IMG/VR virus record: IMGVR_UViG_3300020442_003949
Location: 1-64,000 of that record
Source: a virus
Direction: 5' to 3' (one strand)
Length of the DNA stretch: 64,000 nucleotides
The position numbers were made by a program, and so were the translations under genes. The notes beneath the pieces are model-generated. The model was given only the letters and a program-made list of their open reading frames with translations, did no database searches and had not been told where the DNA came from. Of this stretch, positions 9,563 to 18,113 are shown one piece after another (position 1 is the stretch's first letter; each line of letters begins with the position of its first letter).

Positions 9563-9591
9563 TTGACTTCCTGCCCGCATTCTCATATAAT
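9563..9591 (+). promoter_or_regulatory. Near-consensus sigma70 promoter
   Basis: TTGACT-17 nt-TATAAT; AGGAG RBS before 9621. Confidence 0.8.
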
Positions 9592-9620
9592 ATAAGTATA
9601 ATTACAACATAGGAGACTTT

Positions 9621-10916
9621 ATGACAGTTGACACTAAAGAATTCAAGCCAAAAGATTTATCCCCAGAAGAACTTGCTAAGATGAGCAAAGAGGTTGAGGA
9701 TAAGATTATTGTTGCTCGTGTAGGTCTTTTGCTGCGCCATCCATTCTTCGGCAATATGGCAACTCGTCTAAAAATCGAATCCTGCGATAAATGGTGTCCT
9801 ACTGCTGCAACAGATGGCAGACATCTCTACTACAATACACAATTCTTTAATCAGCTCACAGAAAAACAGATCGAGTTTGTAATTGCACATGAGATTTTAC
9901 ATTGTGTATATGATCACATGAGTCGCAGAGATAACAGAAATCCTATGCTGTACAACGTTGCCTGTGACTATCTTGTAAACAACTTACTATTACGTGAACG
10001 CATTGGAGAAAAGGTGACACAAATTCCTATCTTCCAAGATTACAAATATGACGGCTGGACTAGTGAAGAAGTTTATGACGAATTAAAGAAAAAATCTGAT
10101 GAAGAAGGTGAAGAATTTCTTAAAGAGCTAGGCGATCTACTCGACGAACATATGGACTGGTCAGATGATAGTGACCAAGGACAAGGACAAGGACAAGGCG
10201 AAGAAGATAGTGAAAACGGAGAAGGCAGACCTCGCAAACTATCAGCAGACGAAATTAAAGCAATCAAAGATGAAATAAAAGAGGGCATGTTACAGGCTGC
10301 CCAAGCTGCAGGTGCGGGTAATGTTCCAGGCGAAATTACCCGCATGATACAGGAACTTACTGAACCTAAGATGAACTGGCGTGAGATCATCCAAACGCAA
10401 ATCCAGTCTACTATACGCAATGACTATACCTTTGCTCGTCCTAGTAGGAAAGGTTGGCACACTGGTGCAGTATTACCAGGTATGAACTTCGAAGATACAA
10501 TTGATGTGTGTGTTGCACTTGACATGAGCGGCTCTATCAGTGGAGATCAAGCACGTGATATGCTTAGTGAGCTACAAGGTATCATGCAACAATATAAAGA
10601 TTATAGAATTAAAGTTTGGTGCTTTGATACTCAAGTTTACAACGAACAAGATTTTTCCTCTGATAACGGGGATGATGTAAATACATACGAACCTAAAGGC
10701 GGTGGCGGTACAGATTTTATGTGTAATTGGGATTATATGAAACAAAATAATATTGAACCTAAAAAGTTCATTATGTTTACAGACGGATATCCTTGGGATA
10801 GCTGGGGAGACGAAGACTATTGTGATACGATTTTTATGATACACGATTATCACGATAAAAACTTTGAAGCACCTTTTGGACTTACAACACATTATGACAA
10901 CACCGTTGAAAATTAA
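9621..10916 (+). CDS. Putative metallopeptidase (HEXXH) plus VWA-like domain protein (DUF2201-type)
   Basis: TAATDG, AHEILH, acidic linker, MIDAS DMSGS, GGGGTDF, FTDG. Confidence 0.85.
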   Translation: MTVDTKEFKPKDLSPEELAKMSKEVEDKIIVARVGLLLRHPFFGNMATRLKIESCDKWCPTAATDGRHLYYNTQFFNQLTEKQIEFVIAHEILHCVYDHMSRRDNRNPMLYNVACDYLVNNLLLRERIGEKVTQIPIFQDYKYDGWTSEEVYDELKKKSDEEGEEFLKELGDLLDEHMDWSDDSDQGQGQGQGEEDSENGEGRPRKLSADEIKAIKDEIKEGMLQAAQAAGAGNVPGEITRMIQELTEPKMNWREIIQTQIQSTIRNDYTFARPSRKGWHTGAVLPGMNFEDTIDVCVALDMSGSISGDQARDMLSELQGIMQQYKDYRIKVWCFDTQVYNEQDFSSDNGDDVNTYEPKGGGGTDFMCNWDYMKQNNIEPKKFIMFTDGYPWDSWGDEDYCDTIFMIHDYHDKNFEAPFGLTTHYDNTVEN

Positions 10917-11184
10917 AAAGCCTAACCATTTAGATTTTTGGAATATACGTCAACCACAATCTGCACCTCCGCATTTTGATTATATAAATATTCCATTACA
11001 ATATAATTTGCAAGAAACTATTACAAGATGGATACAATTACATTTAAAAGGTAGATTCTATGTAGGTAAAGTGTGTGGCCTTGATAAGGAAAAAAAGATT
11101 ACAGAATATTTACATATTGGTTTCGAAGATGCAAAAGAGTTGTCCTATTTCACTTTAGCATGTCCACATTTAAAATATAATTAA
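10894..11184 (+). CDS. Hypothetical phage protein
   Basis: ORF overlapping the upstream stop; IGFED..ELSYF.L; start uncertain. Confidence 0.6.
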   Translation: MTTPLKIKKPNHLDFWNIRQPQSAPPHFDYINIPLQYNLQETITRWIQLHLKGRFYVGKVCGLDKEKKITEYLHIGFEDAKELSYFTLACPHLKYN

Positions 11185-11203
11185 ATAAATAAAAGGAGAA
11201 AAA

Positions 11204-11431
11204 ATGTCAGAAGAACAACAACAAGAAGTAAACAATGAAACTGCTGAAAAAAATATCGAACTTACTGTAAACGATCTCAATGCTTTGAAGCAAATTATTG
11301 ACATTGCTAGCGGTCGTGGCGCATTCAAACCAAATGAAATGGTTGTAATTGGAACAACTTATACCAAATTAGAAAATTTCTTAAATGCTGTTGCTGCACA
11401 ACAACAAGCTGCTGGTGCTAAAGATGCTTAA
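11204..11431 (+). CDS. Hypothetical phage protein
   Basis: AAGGAG RBS; IID.A..RGAFK..E. Confidence 0.7.
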   Translation: MSEEQQQEVNNETAEKNIELTVNDLNALKQIIDIASGRGAFKPNEMVVIGTTYTKLENFLNAVAAQQQAAGAKDA

Positions 11432-12035
11432 ACATATTGGTAGATTAAAAAGAAATCAAAGGAAAGTAATTGTTGCGTATAGAACACTTCCAGGTGATGC
11501 TAAATCGTGTGTGGTTGTAACTACGGAAAATTTAGAAGCTGCTGATCATGACAGTTTAATCAAATTAGTAGAATCAAATGCAGGACAATCAAGTTATGAA
11601 TTTGCTACAGTGATGGCAAGAGCTACATTATCAGATGGTAGTAATATGCTTGCACGATTTCACACCACTGGTAAGATGGTAAAATTTCCTACATCTGAAA
11701 TTGAAATGACACCAGACACTACTTCTACTGTAATGTTAGATGAGCTTAATAATGTAATTGCCACTCAAAAAGGTGTTACAATAGAAGATCTTGCAATAAC
11801 TCCGGAGAACGAAGAACCAAAGACTAAAAGAAATGTACAACCTACTGCTACTAATGTAGAAGAACCTATAGTAGAAGCTGCAAATCCTAATGATGTTTTA
11901 TCAGACGAACAACTTGCCGCTAGTTATAGATCACAAGCAGACGGCTTGTTTAAAGAAGCAAAAAGATTACGTGAAGAAGCAGAAAAATTACATCCTACAA
12001 AAAAGAAATCAGTAAAAAAAAGTGGAAACGATTAA
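11424..12035 (+). CDS. Hypothetical phage protein
   Basis: Probable ATG at 11424 (MLKHIG) overlapping the upstream gene end; coiled-coil C-terminus. Confidence 0.7.
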   Translation: MLKHIGRLKRNQRKVIVAYRTLPGDAKSCVVVTTENLEAADHDSLIKLVESNAGQSSYEFATVMARATLSDGSNMLARFHTTGKMVKFPTSEIEMTPDTTSTVMLDELNNVIATQKGVTIEDLAITPENEEPKTKRNVQPTATNVEEPIVEAANPNDVLSDEQLAASYRSQADGLFKEAKRLREEAEKLHPTKKKSVKKSGND

Positions 12036-12318
12036 TCAACAGGATGATCAGTGGCCTAAAATTTTTGAGGAGCTAGAGCTTACAAGCGTACCTATTAAGT
12101 ATCTACATTCAGTAAGAATAACTTTTGCAGACGGAAAAGTATGGGATATAGATATTAAAAAAAGCAAGACACGCAATACAAGTGTTGAAGAATCTTTACA
12201 AACACTTTTCGATGAATATGAAGATACTATTGAAAATATAGACTTTAGATTAGATATGGAAAAGATAAAAAAAGATATACAAAAACGAACTGCAAAATTT
12301 TTAAAAAAAGGAAAATAA
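12022..12318 (+). CDS. Hypothetical phage protein
   Basis: 98-aa ORF, GTG start. Confidence 0.6.
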   Translation: METINQQDDQWPKIFEELELTSVPIKYLHSVRITFADGKVWDIDIKKSKTRNTSVEESLQTLFDEYEDTIENIDFRLDMEKIKKDIQKRTAKFLKKGK

Positions 12319-12329
12319 TGATTATTTTA

Positions 12330-12337
12330 TATAAATA
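12330..12337 (+). promoter_or_regulatory. T4-type late promoter motif
   Basis: TATAAATA ~33 nt upstream of the fibre-like gene. Confidence 0.6.
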
Positions 12338-12370
12338 TATAAAGCATAAATCATTAGGAGCAAGATAAAA

Positions 12371-13831
12371 ATGGCACTACGTTTACGAAGAGGAACAGAT
12401 TTAGAAAGAATAGGTGTAGTCTTTGCAGAGGGAGAATTAGTTTATTCAACTGATACAAAAAGGCTGTTTATTGGTGACGGTGTAACAGCTGGAGGAATAC
12501 CTGTATCAGATTTAATTTCTGATATGTCTCCACAACTAGGTGCTTCGTTAGATTTAAACACATATGACATTGTAGGCTTTGGCAACATAAATGTAAATGG
12601 AGATATAACAGCCTCAGGCACACTAACTGTACCAAACATTATTACTGATGTACAAGGTAGTATTTTTGGAGACGACTCGTCTCCGTTAGTAGACGGTGCA
12701 AATAACAAAATAATTTTAGACAATAATTCAATTACAGACTTATCAGATGTAAACACAACTGGTGTACAAGTAGGAGATGTTCTTAAATGGGACGGTGCTA
12801 CTTGGGTTACTGGTCAAGATTCAGCAGAACTTGCGCTAACAGACCTAACAGATGTCATTACAGGTATTAACGTAGTAGGAGATTTTCTTAAATGGGACGG
12901 TGCTACTTGGATTGCTTCTGCTAGTGAAATATCTGACCTATCAGATGTAGACACAACTGGGTTACAAGTAGGAGATATTCTTAAATGGGACGGTGCAAAT
13001 TGGGTTGCTAATCCAGATGAAGGACAGCTTGAATTAGCAGACTTAACAGATGTGCTTGTAGGTGGTTTACAAGTAGGTGATATTTTAAGTTGGGATGGAG
13101 TTAATTGGACTCCTACGGCAGGTCCAGGTGATATTCTTGAAACTGATATACAAGGTTCTGTTTATGGTCTTGATAGTAGCATAATTGTAGATGCGGCTAC
13201 AGGTTCATTCATAGGTAATTTCACTGGCGCTGTCACTGGCGATATTAATGCATTAAATGTTAATGCTACGAACCTATATGTTACCAGTATTTACGATCAA
13301 CCTACTTTCTATAGTGATACAGTAGGATTTAATAACATAGCGACTTTTGTAAAAGAAACAGAAGTTGATGATACCGTAAATCGTGCAAACATAACTCTTG
13401 TAAGAAAATCTACAACGCTGGACTTATCATCGAGTATAGAGCCTAATGCTACTATTTTATTTGCGACAGACGATACTAATGGATTTACCTATAAAGGTGT
13501 AATTGGTGTTCATAACGACCTTATGACTTTTGCTGTTAATTCAACAGGAAATTTTTCAGACAATAACCAAATTTTTTTAGTTGATACTGGATACTTCGGT
13601 ATAGGAACAAAAACTCCAACAGAAAAATTACAAGTTGAAGGGAATACAAAAATCTCAGGATTTGTACAATTTGGAAGTTACACAACAGCAGAAAGAGATG
13701 ATTTAACAACTACAAACACGCCACAATACGCAACAAATTGGGGAATGGTAATATATAATACTGACACTAATAAATTCCAAGGTTGGCAAAACACCGGAGG
13801 AACTACTCCAGAATGGGTAGATTTGAGTTAA
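12371..13831 (+). CDS. Fibre/decoration-type virion protein with internal repeats
   Basis: N-terminal LRRGT...AEGELVY.TDT..L.IGDG.TAGG typical of phage fibre (Mtd/hyaluronidase-like) N-termini; GIGT.TP.EKL.V.G; IYNTDTNKFQG. Confidence 0.7.
   Translation: MALRLRRGTDLERIGVVFAEGELVYSTDTKRLFIGDGVTAGGIPVSDLISDMSPQLGASLDLNTYDIVGFGNINVNGDITASGTLTVPNIITDVQGSIFGDDSSPLVDGANNKIILDNNSITDLSDVNTTGVQVGDVLKWDGATWVTGQDSAELALTDLTDVITGINVVGDFLKWDGATWIASASEISDLSDVDTTGLQVGDILKWDGANWVANPDEGQLELADLTDVLVGGLQVGDILSWDGVNWTPTAGPGDILETDIQGSVYGLDSSIIVDAATGSFIGNFTGAVTGDINALNVNATNLYVTSIYDQPTFYSDTVGFNNIATFVKETEVDDTVNRANITLVRKSTTLDLSSSIEPNATILFATDDTNGFTYKGVIGVHNDLMTFAVNSTGNFSDNNQIFLVDTGYFGIGTKTPTEKLQVEGNTKISGFVQFGSYTTAERDDLTTTNTPQYATNWGMVIYNTDTNKFQGWQNTGGTTPEWVDLS
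12735..13110 (+). repeat. Four ~100-bp coding repeats (DLSDV...VGDxLKWDGxxW)
   Basis: TTCTTAAATGGGACGGTGC occurs three times, plus a diverged fourth copy. Confidence 0.85.
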
Positions 13832-14628
13832 TAATTATATTTAACTTCTTTACCACGAACAATATATTTTATTATATAGTAAAGAGGATCAAAATCCTTT
13901 AAACTTTTTTCAATAGATACGGTAGCTTTGTGAGGCTGAGCATGATGATTGTTATGCATTTCTTCGCCGAGTAATAATGGTTTGAGCCAAGGTATATTCC
14001 ACGACTTATCGATCGTTTCAATTCTTCTTTCTCCACCTACCATTTTAGCATACTTTGGCGTATGAACTAACGCTATTAATATGGCGTTTACGTGAAATTG
14101 CATTATCGCAGGAATGGCATACAAATATACAAATAAAATTGGATCGATTATTATTAATGTGATTACATAAACTAAAATAATTCCAAAATAATAATTATGG
14201 AAAAATCTGTTTATAGGATCTTTTAGAAGTTGAATATACTTTTTTGCTCCAAACACTAACTTTGTCTCATCATATACGCCCCACCAAGTTTTAAAAAATC
14301 TGTCTTTTGGATTATGCGGATCTTTATCAGTATCTGCGTTTGCGTGATGCTTTAAATGCATTAGAATATAGCCAACAGTTGAACCTGTAGAGCTTATTGT
14401 AAAGAAAAACGAAAAAATTATTTGCCAAAACTTATTAGTAGAAAATGTGTTATGAACATAATATCTATGAACACCTATACCAGATCCTATTCCGTGCATT
14501 AACCAAAAAGTCAGTAATACCATTAACCAATATGTTGATGTGCTGTAATATATGGCTGGAATGATTGCCAAGTGTAAAAACCATTGTAGGCTTTTTACTT
14601 TTCTGTGTGTGGGTTGTAATATTTTCAA
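13828..14628 (-). CDS. Membrane fatty-acid desaturase (delta-9/DesC-like)
   Basis: Three His boxes HRYYVH, HLKHH, HNNHH; DT.KDPH.P; TM segments; TTG start overlapping the upstream TGA. Confidence 0.85.
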   Translation of the reverse strand: MKILQPTHRKVKSLQWFLHLAIIPAIYYSTSTYWLMVLLTFWLMHGIGSGIGVHRYYVHNTFSTNKFWQIIFSFFFTISSTGSTVGYILMHLKHHANADTDKDPHNPKDRFFKTWWGVYDETKLVFGAKKYIQLLKDPINRFFHNYYFGIILVYVITLIIIDPILFVYLYAIPAIMQFHVNAILIALVHTPKYAKMVGGERRIETIDKSWNIPWLKPLLLGEEMHNNHHAQPHKATVSIEKSLKDFDPLYYIIKYIVRGKEVKYNY

Positions 14629-15470
14629 AAAGACTTACCTATTACTTTCTTATTGTCTGTGGTTATTCTGTACAATAGTCTACCACCTAAAGTAGTAGCA
14701 TATCTTTTATGAACAGTTAGCCACTGATTACCTATAATAATATCACCATCATTATATTCATGAATATACATATACTTATTAGATTTATATGTATGATTAT
14801 CTAAATATTCAACCATAGAATCTGATTCTTCTTTTGGAACATCTTTAAATCCAAAAAATTGGAATTTAGGGTAAAACATTCCTTTTAATCCGTTATCAAA
14901 AGTCCGTATAAATTTTTGCCCAGCATTATTTCTATGTGATTTCCATACATTAGATGGAAGATGCTTTGTATATGTGTTTGGTTCAAATCCATATATACCT
15001 AATTTATCTTCTAACCAATCTTTTTTATCATTTGGTAAATCATCATAGGCCAAGCACATATTTAGCCAACCAATCTTACTTCCAGCACTATGCTCAACAG
15101 CATACAACATTACATTAGGTTTTCTCTCTAATTCTGCACTTGGACGATTTGCATGCCAATCTAAATCACTGTCATGTCCAAATAATCCTGTTTGCGATCC
15201 ATCTGGGTTAGTACCAGCACATACTCTTTGAATACCATTCAAACCTGGTATGCCTCTTTGTTGTTGCGTAGTTTCATCTAACAGTTCTAAATCGCCAAAT
15301 CTATTTGCAAATGCAAGAAACTCATCTGCCTCTAATACTTGCCCTCTAATAAAGATAACTAAATGATTTATATATAAATCAGCAAGTAATTTAAAATTAT
15401 CATCATTGAGATTTTTTACATCTATATTAGAAATTTCAATAAAATTGGCAGTCAAGTTTTTTATATCCAT
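14625..15470 (-). CDS. TauD/TfdA-family dioxygenase-like protein (HxN variant)
   Basis: HLVIFIRGQ, FA.RFG, WHAN, AYDDL, GDIIIGN..TVHKR, RLLYR. Confidence 0.75.
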   Translation of the reverse strand: MDIKNLTANFIEISNIDVKNLNDDNFKLLADLYINHLVIFIRGQVLEADEFLAFANRFGDLELLDETTQQQRGIPGLNGIQRVCAGTNPDGSQTGLFGHDSDLDWHANRPSAELERKPNVMLYAVEHSAGSKIGWLNMCLAYDDLPNDKKDWLEDKLGIYGFEPNTYTKHLPSNVWKSHRNNAGQKFIRTFDNGLKGMFYPKFQFFGFKDVPKEESDSMVEYLDNHTYKSNKYMYIHEYNDGDIIIGNQWLTVHKRYATTLGGRLLYRITTDNKKVIGKSF

Positions 15471-16110
15471 TTTTTCTTCTATCTACTTTGTCTGCAATTG
15501 TTTTATATAAGTTATCTATTGATGTATGATATGGTGCATCGTAATATGCATGAAAATTTTCTTTTCTATATAGTATTCGTTGCGGAACATTATTAAATGT
15601 AATAAATTTATCATCCATAGAATATGTCTGCAAAGTTTCTATAGACTCAGCGTCACCTAATTGCCTATATTGTTTATGAATGAGCGACTGGCTCCATGAT
15701 TCTAGTTTTTCATTATATGGATAGATTGTTACAAAAGAATAATGCAAATTCTTAAATTCTTTTGTTGCTGCTGGTATTGTGTGTGTCCATAATGTGCTTC
15801 GTACATCTTTTCTAAATCTTTTAAGAGTATAATAATTCATACCTAATCTAAGGTACTTTCCTTGTCCATAAACTCTTGCTCCACTTATACTAGCAAGTTC
15901 ACCATTATACATAATTCCATATAGTGCGTCTAAAAATAATTTATCCCAATTAGTTTTACTGAATTTCCAAACTTCTTCTTCTAAATTTGAATCATACTTA
16001 GAACTGTAATCTAAAAAATGCTTATGAGAATTATGATCTTGTGTTAAAATTTCTTCTCTAAATCTATATACTAAATCATTATTTGTATCTAATTTAATTA
16101 ATTGTATCAT
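15436..16110 (-). CDS. Hypothetical protein, possibly GNAT-like fold
   Basis: YGIMYNGELASISG...LRL...YYTLKRFRK resembles a GNAT core; weak. Confidence 0.45.
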   Translation of the reverse strand: MIQLIKLDTNNDLVYRFREEILTQDHNSHKHFLDYSSKYDSNLEEEVWKFSKTNWDKLFLDALYGIMYNGELASISGARVYGQGKYLRLGMNYYTLKRFRKDVRSTLWTHTIPAATKEFKNLHYSFVTIYPYNEKLESWSQSLIHKQYRQLGDAESIETLQTYSMDDKFITFNNVPQRILYRKENFHAYYDAPYHTSIDNLYKTIADKVDRRKNGYKKLDCQFY

Positions 16111-16122
16111 ATTGTTTTGTAA

Positions 16123-16773
16123 TTAGTTAGTTAAATTCCACATCTTTTCAAACGTATAGTTTCCTTTTAATCTAAGCGATATCAAATGCCGTTCCTTATT
16201 TCCTACAAGTGCCTTATGCGGAATGCAAGTATTAAGAACATAAGGATTTTTTTGTGAAAAGTAGTAATAATTAAAGTCGTCAACTTCTTGTTCTACATGC
16301 AATGCAGGAATATTAAACTCATTATATTTTTCCTTAGAAATAATCCACTTTCCACTTTTATCGTACCAAGCTTTATTAGTAACGTAATTACTTCCAGTCC
16401 AAACTATAACACTATCGTCACAATTACAGAGTGGTATATTCAATGCACATTTGACAATACAATCAAGTTTTGCATTATAATCAATATGATATTTTACTAT
16501 TTGTCCTTGTTTATTAGAGGAAAACGTTTTAAAATAAACTGCATAATCTAATTGCGGTAATTTTAAATCCGTTAACCATTTATCTATAATTTTCTTGTGC
16601 TCATAAGATATTTCATATCTGTCTAAAACTTCTATTCTATTAGTTATATTAGTATTGTCTAACTGACATTTTTCTTTTCTATAGATATCAAAAAATACTG
16701 AAGGAATATTAATCTCTAATTCTTTATAATAATTATATAGTTTCGTTAATCTTTTTCCAACTGTGCCAATCAT
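16123..16773 (-). CDS. Putative Fe(II)/2OG (cupin) oxygenase-like protein
   Basis: HID...LNIP...NT.IPH....R..ISLR pattern; start uncertain. Confidence 0.55.
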   Translation of the reverse strand: MIGTVGKRLTKLYNYYKELEINIPSVFFDIYRKEKCQLDNTNITNRIEVLDRYEISYEHKKIIDKWLTDLKLPQLDYAVYFKTFSSNKQGQIVKYHIDYNAKLDCIVKCALNIPLCNCDDSVIVWTGSNYVTNKAWYDKSGKWIISKEKYNEFNIPALHVEQEVDDFNYYYFSQKNPYVLNTCIPHKALVGNKERHLISLRLKGNYTFEKMWNLTN

Positions 16774-17467
16774 ATATTCTTTCTTTTTTAGGATTTTTTA
16801 TACCTGCTGCATGATCTACATTGCCTAATGACGATATTTTGATTGATGTTGCTTCATGCTTATTTATCTGCTCTGTAATATATGCTACAAACTTTGTATT
16901 TTGTAAATTGTCACCAACCCAAGGATCTCCCCAACATAATGTGTATTTTTCATCTCCATTATTATCCATTCCATGGAGGGCGGCGCCACTCATAAGATAT
17001 CCTGTCCAATCATTAGGAATAGGAACACGATTATTTTTCTCATCAATATAATATAACGGATTATTTTCTCTACCTTTCAAAACTAATCTTAATTTTGGTT
17101 CTAAAGTTTTCAGCTGATCTGCATAACAATCTGTATGATGCCTCATTTTCATTCCTGGCATTGTTCTAATAATTATTATTCGAGGCCTTATATCTGTCAT
17201 TGGAAAAATAAAATTATTACACAATTCTCTAAGGGATTTACAATCTTTTGTATATGGCAACCAATCCATATTTTTTTTATTGTTCACATCTTCATTTCCG
17301 TACAAACAAATCAAATAACTTTCTCGAAAGGTGCACCAATACCAATGCTCATTAGGTATAGCATCAATCTCTTCAGCCATTTGTGCTAAATCTTCATCTG
17401 TAACAGGAAAATCTAATTTCATTGCTGCAATATCTAATAGAGTAGAAAGCAGTCTATCATTCTTCAT
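16733..17467 (-). CDS. Asp/Asn beta-hydroxylase-like Fe(II)/2OG protein
   Basis: RIII...PG..M.HHTD...LHG..N. Confidence 0.55.
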   Translation of the reverse strand: MKNDRLLSTLLDIAAMKLDFPVTDEDLAQMAEEIDAIPNEHWYWCTFRESYLICLYGNEDVNNKKNMDWLPYTKDCKSLRELCNNFIFPMTDIRPRIIIIRTMPGMKMRHHTDCYADQLKTLEPKLRLVLKGRENNPLYYIDEKNNRVPIPNDWTGYLMSGAALHGMDNNGDEKYTLCWGDPWVGDNLQNTKFVAYITEQINKHEATSIKISSLGNVDHAAGIKNPKKERIYDWHSWKKINETI

Positions 17468-18113
17468 TTTTTAAAAATATCCTTTCATCACCTGAGTCCC
17501 ATTTTATTTCAACATTTTTTTTATTTTCTTTCATCTTCTTTTTTTCTTGAGGTTGAATTGGCGTTATATGTAATTCGTCTATATTACAACTTACAGGACT
17601 CTCAATTATCCATTGTACATACGCAGCAATATCTTCTTGCTTAAAATGATGAAAATGACTCCATTGATGCATAGTCTTATCAGTATCAACTCCACCGAAG
17701 CTAAAATAAGTTGTTTTGATTTTACTATCAAACCAATTTACATGCTTTGATAAGGATCTATTCAAATCTCTTAAGGCACGTTTTTCAATTGGGTACAATC
17801 TATTATCTGGTCTAAAATAATAATCTACAGCAGATCCAAAACTAATTATATGTCCACTTTTATTATTGTCTTTCCATTCTGTCCAAACATATTGTAACAG
17901 TTTTGTTTGTGCAAAATCAATTAATAGTGAAGAATTTATAAAAACATCATAGTTCATACTAATTTTTGCTACTTTCTTAAGATTTTCCGATGTTAATAAA
18001 TCTAAAGTATATGTTGCGTCATCCGATCTAGATATAGTATGAGCTGTTGGATATAATTCACATATTGCTTTAGCTATATTTTTTTTTGGGTTTCCAGTTA
18101 ATAATATTTTCAT
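17457..18113 (-). CDS. Short-chain dehydrogenase/reductase-like protein
   Basis: KILLTG...IAKAI, DVFINS, GHIISFGS, YxxxK (YPIEK), GGVDT. Confidence 0.75.
   Translation of the reverse strand: MKILLTGNPKKNIAKAICELYPTAHTISRSDDATYTLDLLTSENLKKVAKISMNYDVFINSSLLIDFAQTKLLQYVWTEWKDNNKSGHIISFGSAVDYYFRPDNRLYPIEKRALRDLNRSLSKHVNWFDSKIKTTYFSFGGVDTDKTMHQWSHFHHFKQEDIAAYVQWIIESPVSCNIDELHITPIQPQEKKKMKENKKNVEIKWDSGDERIFLKNEE

Noticed and set aside
10176-10198. (CAAGGA)n microsatellite
   Set aside because: In-frame QGQG in a low-complexity linker; length changes would not shift the frame
12735-13110. Spaced repeats resembling a CRISPR array
   Set aside because: They are in-frame protein repeats with related intervening sequence and no cas genes
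16744-16746. Possible ACG or mutated start for the 16123 gene at the usual overlap position
   Set aside because: An in-frame ATG exists 27 nt upstream; cannot be resolved without homologues
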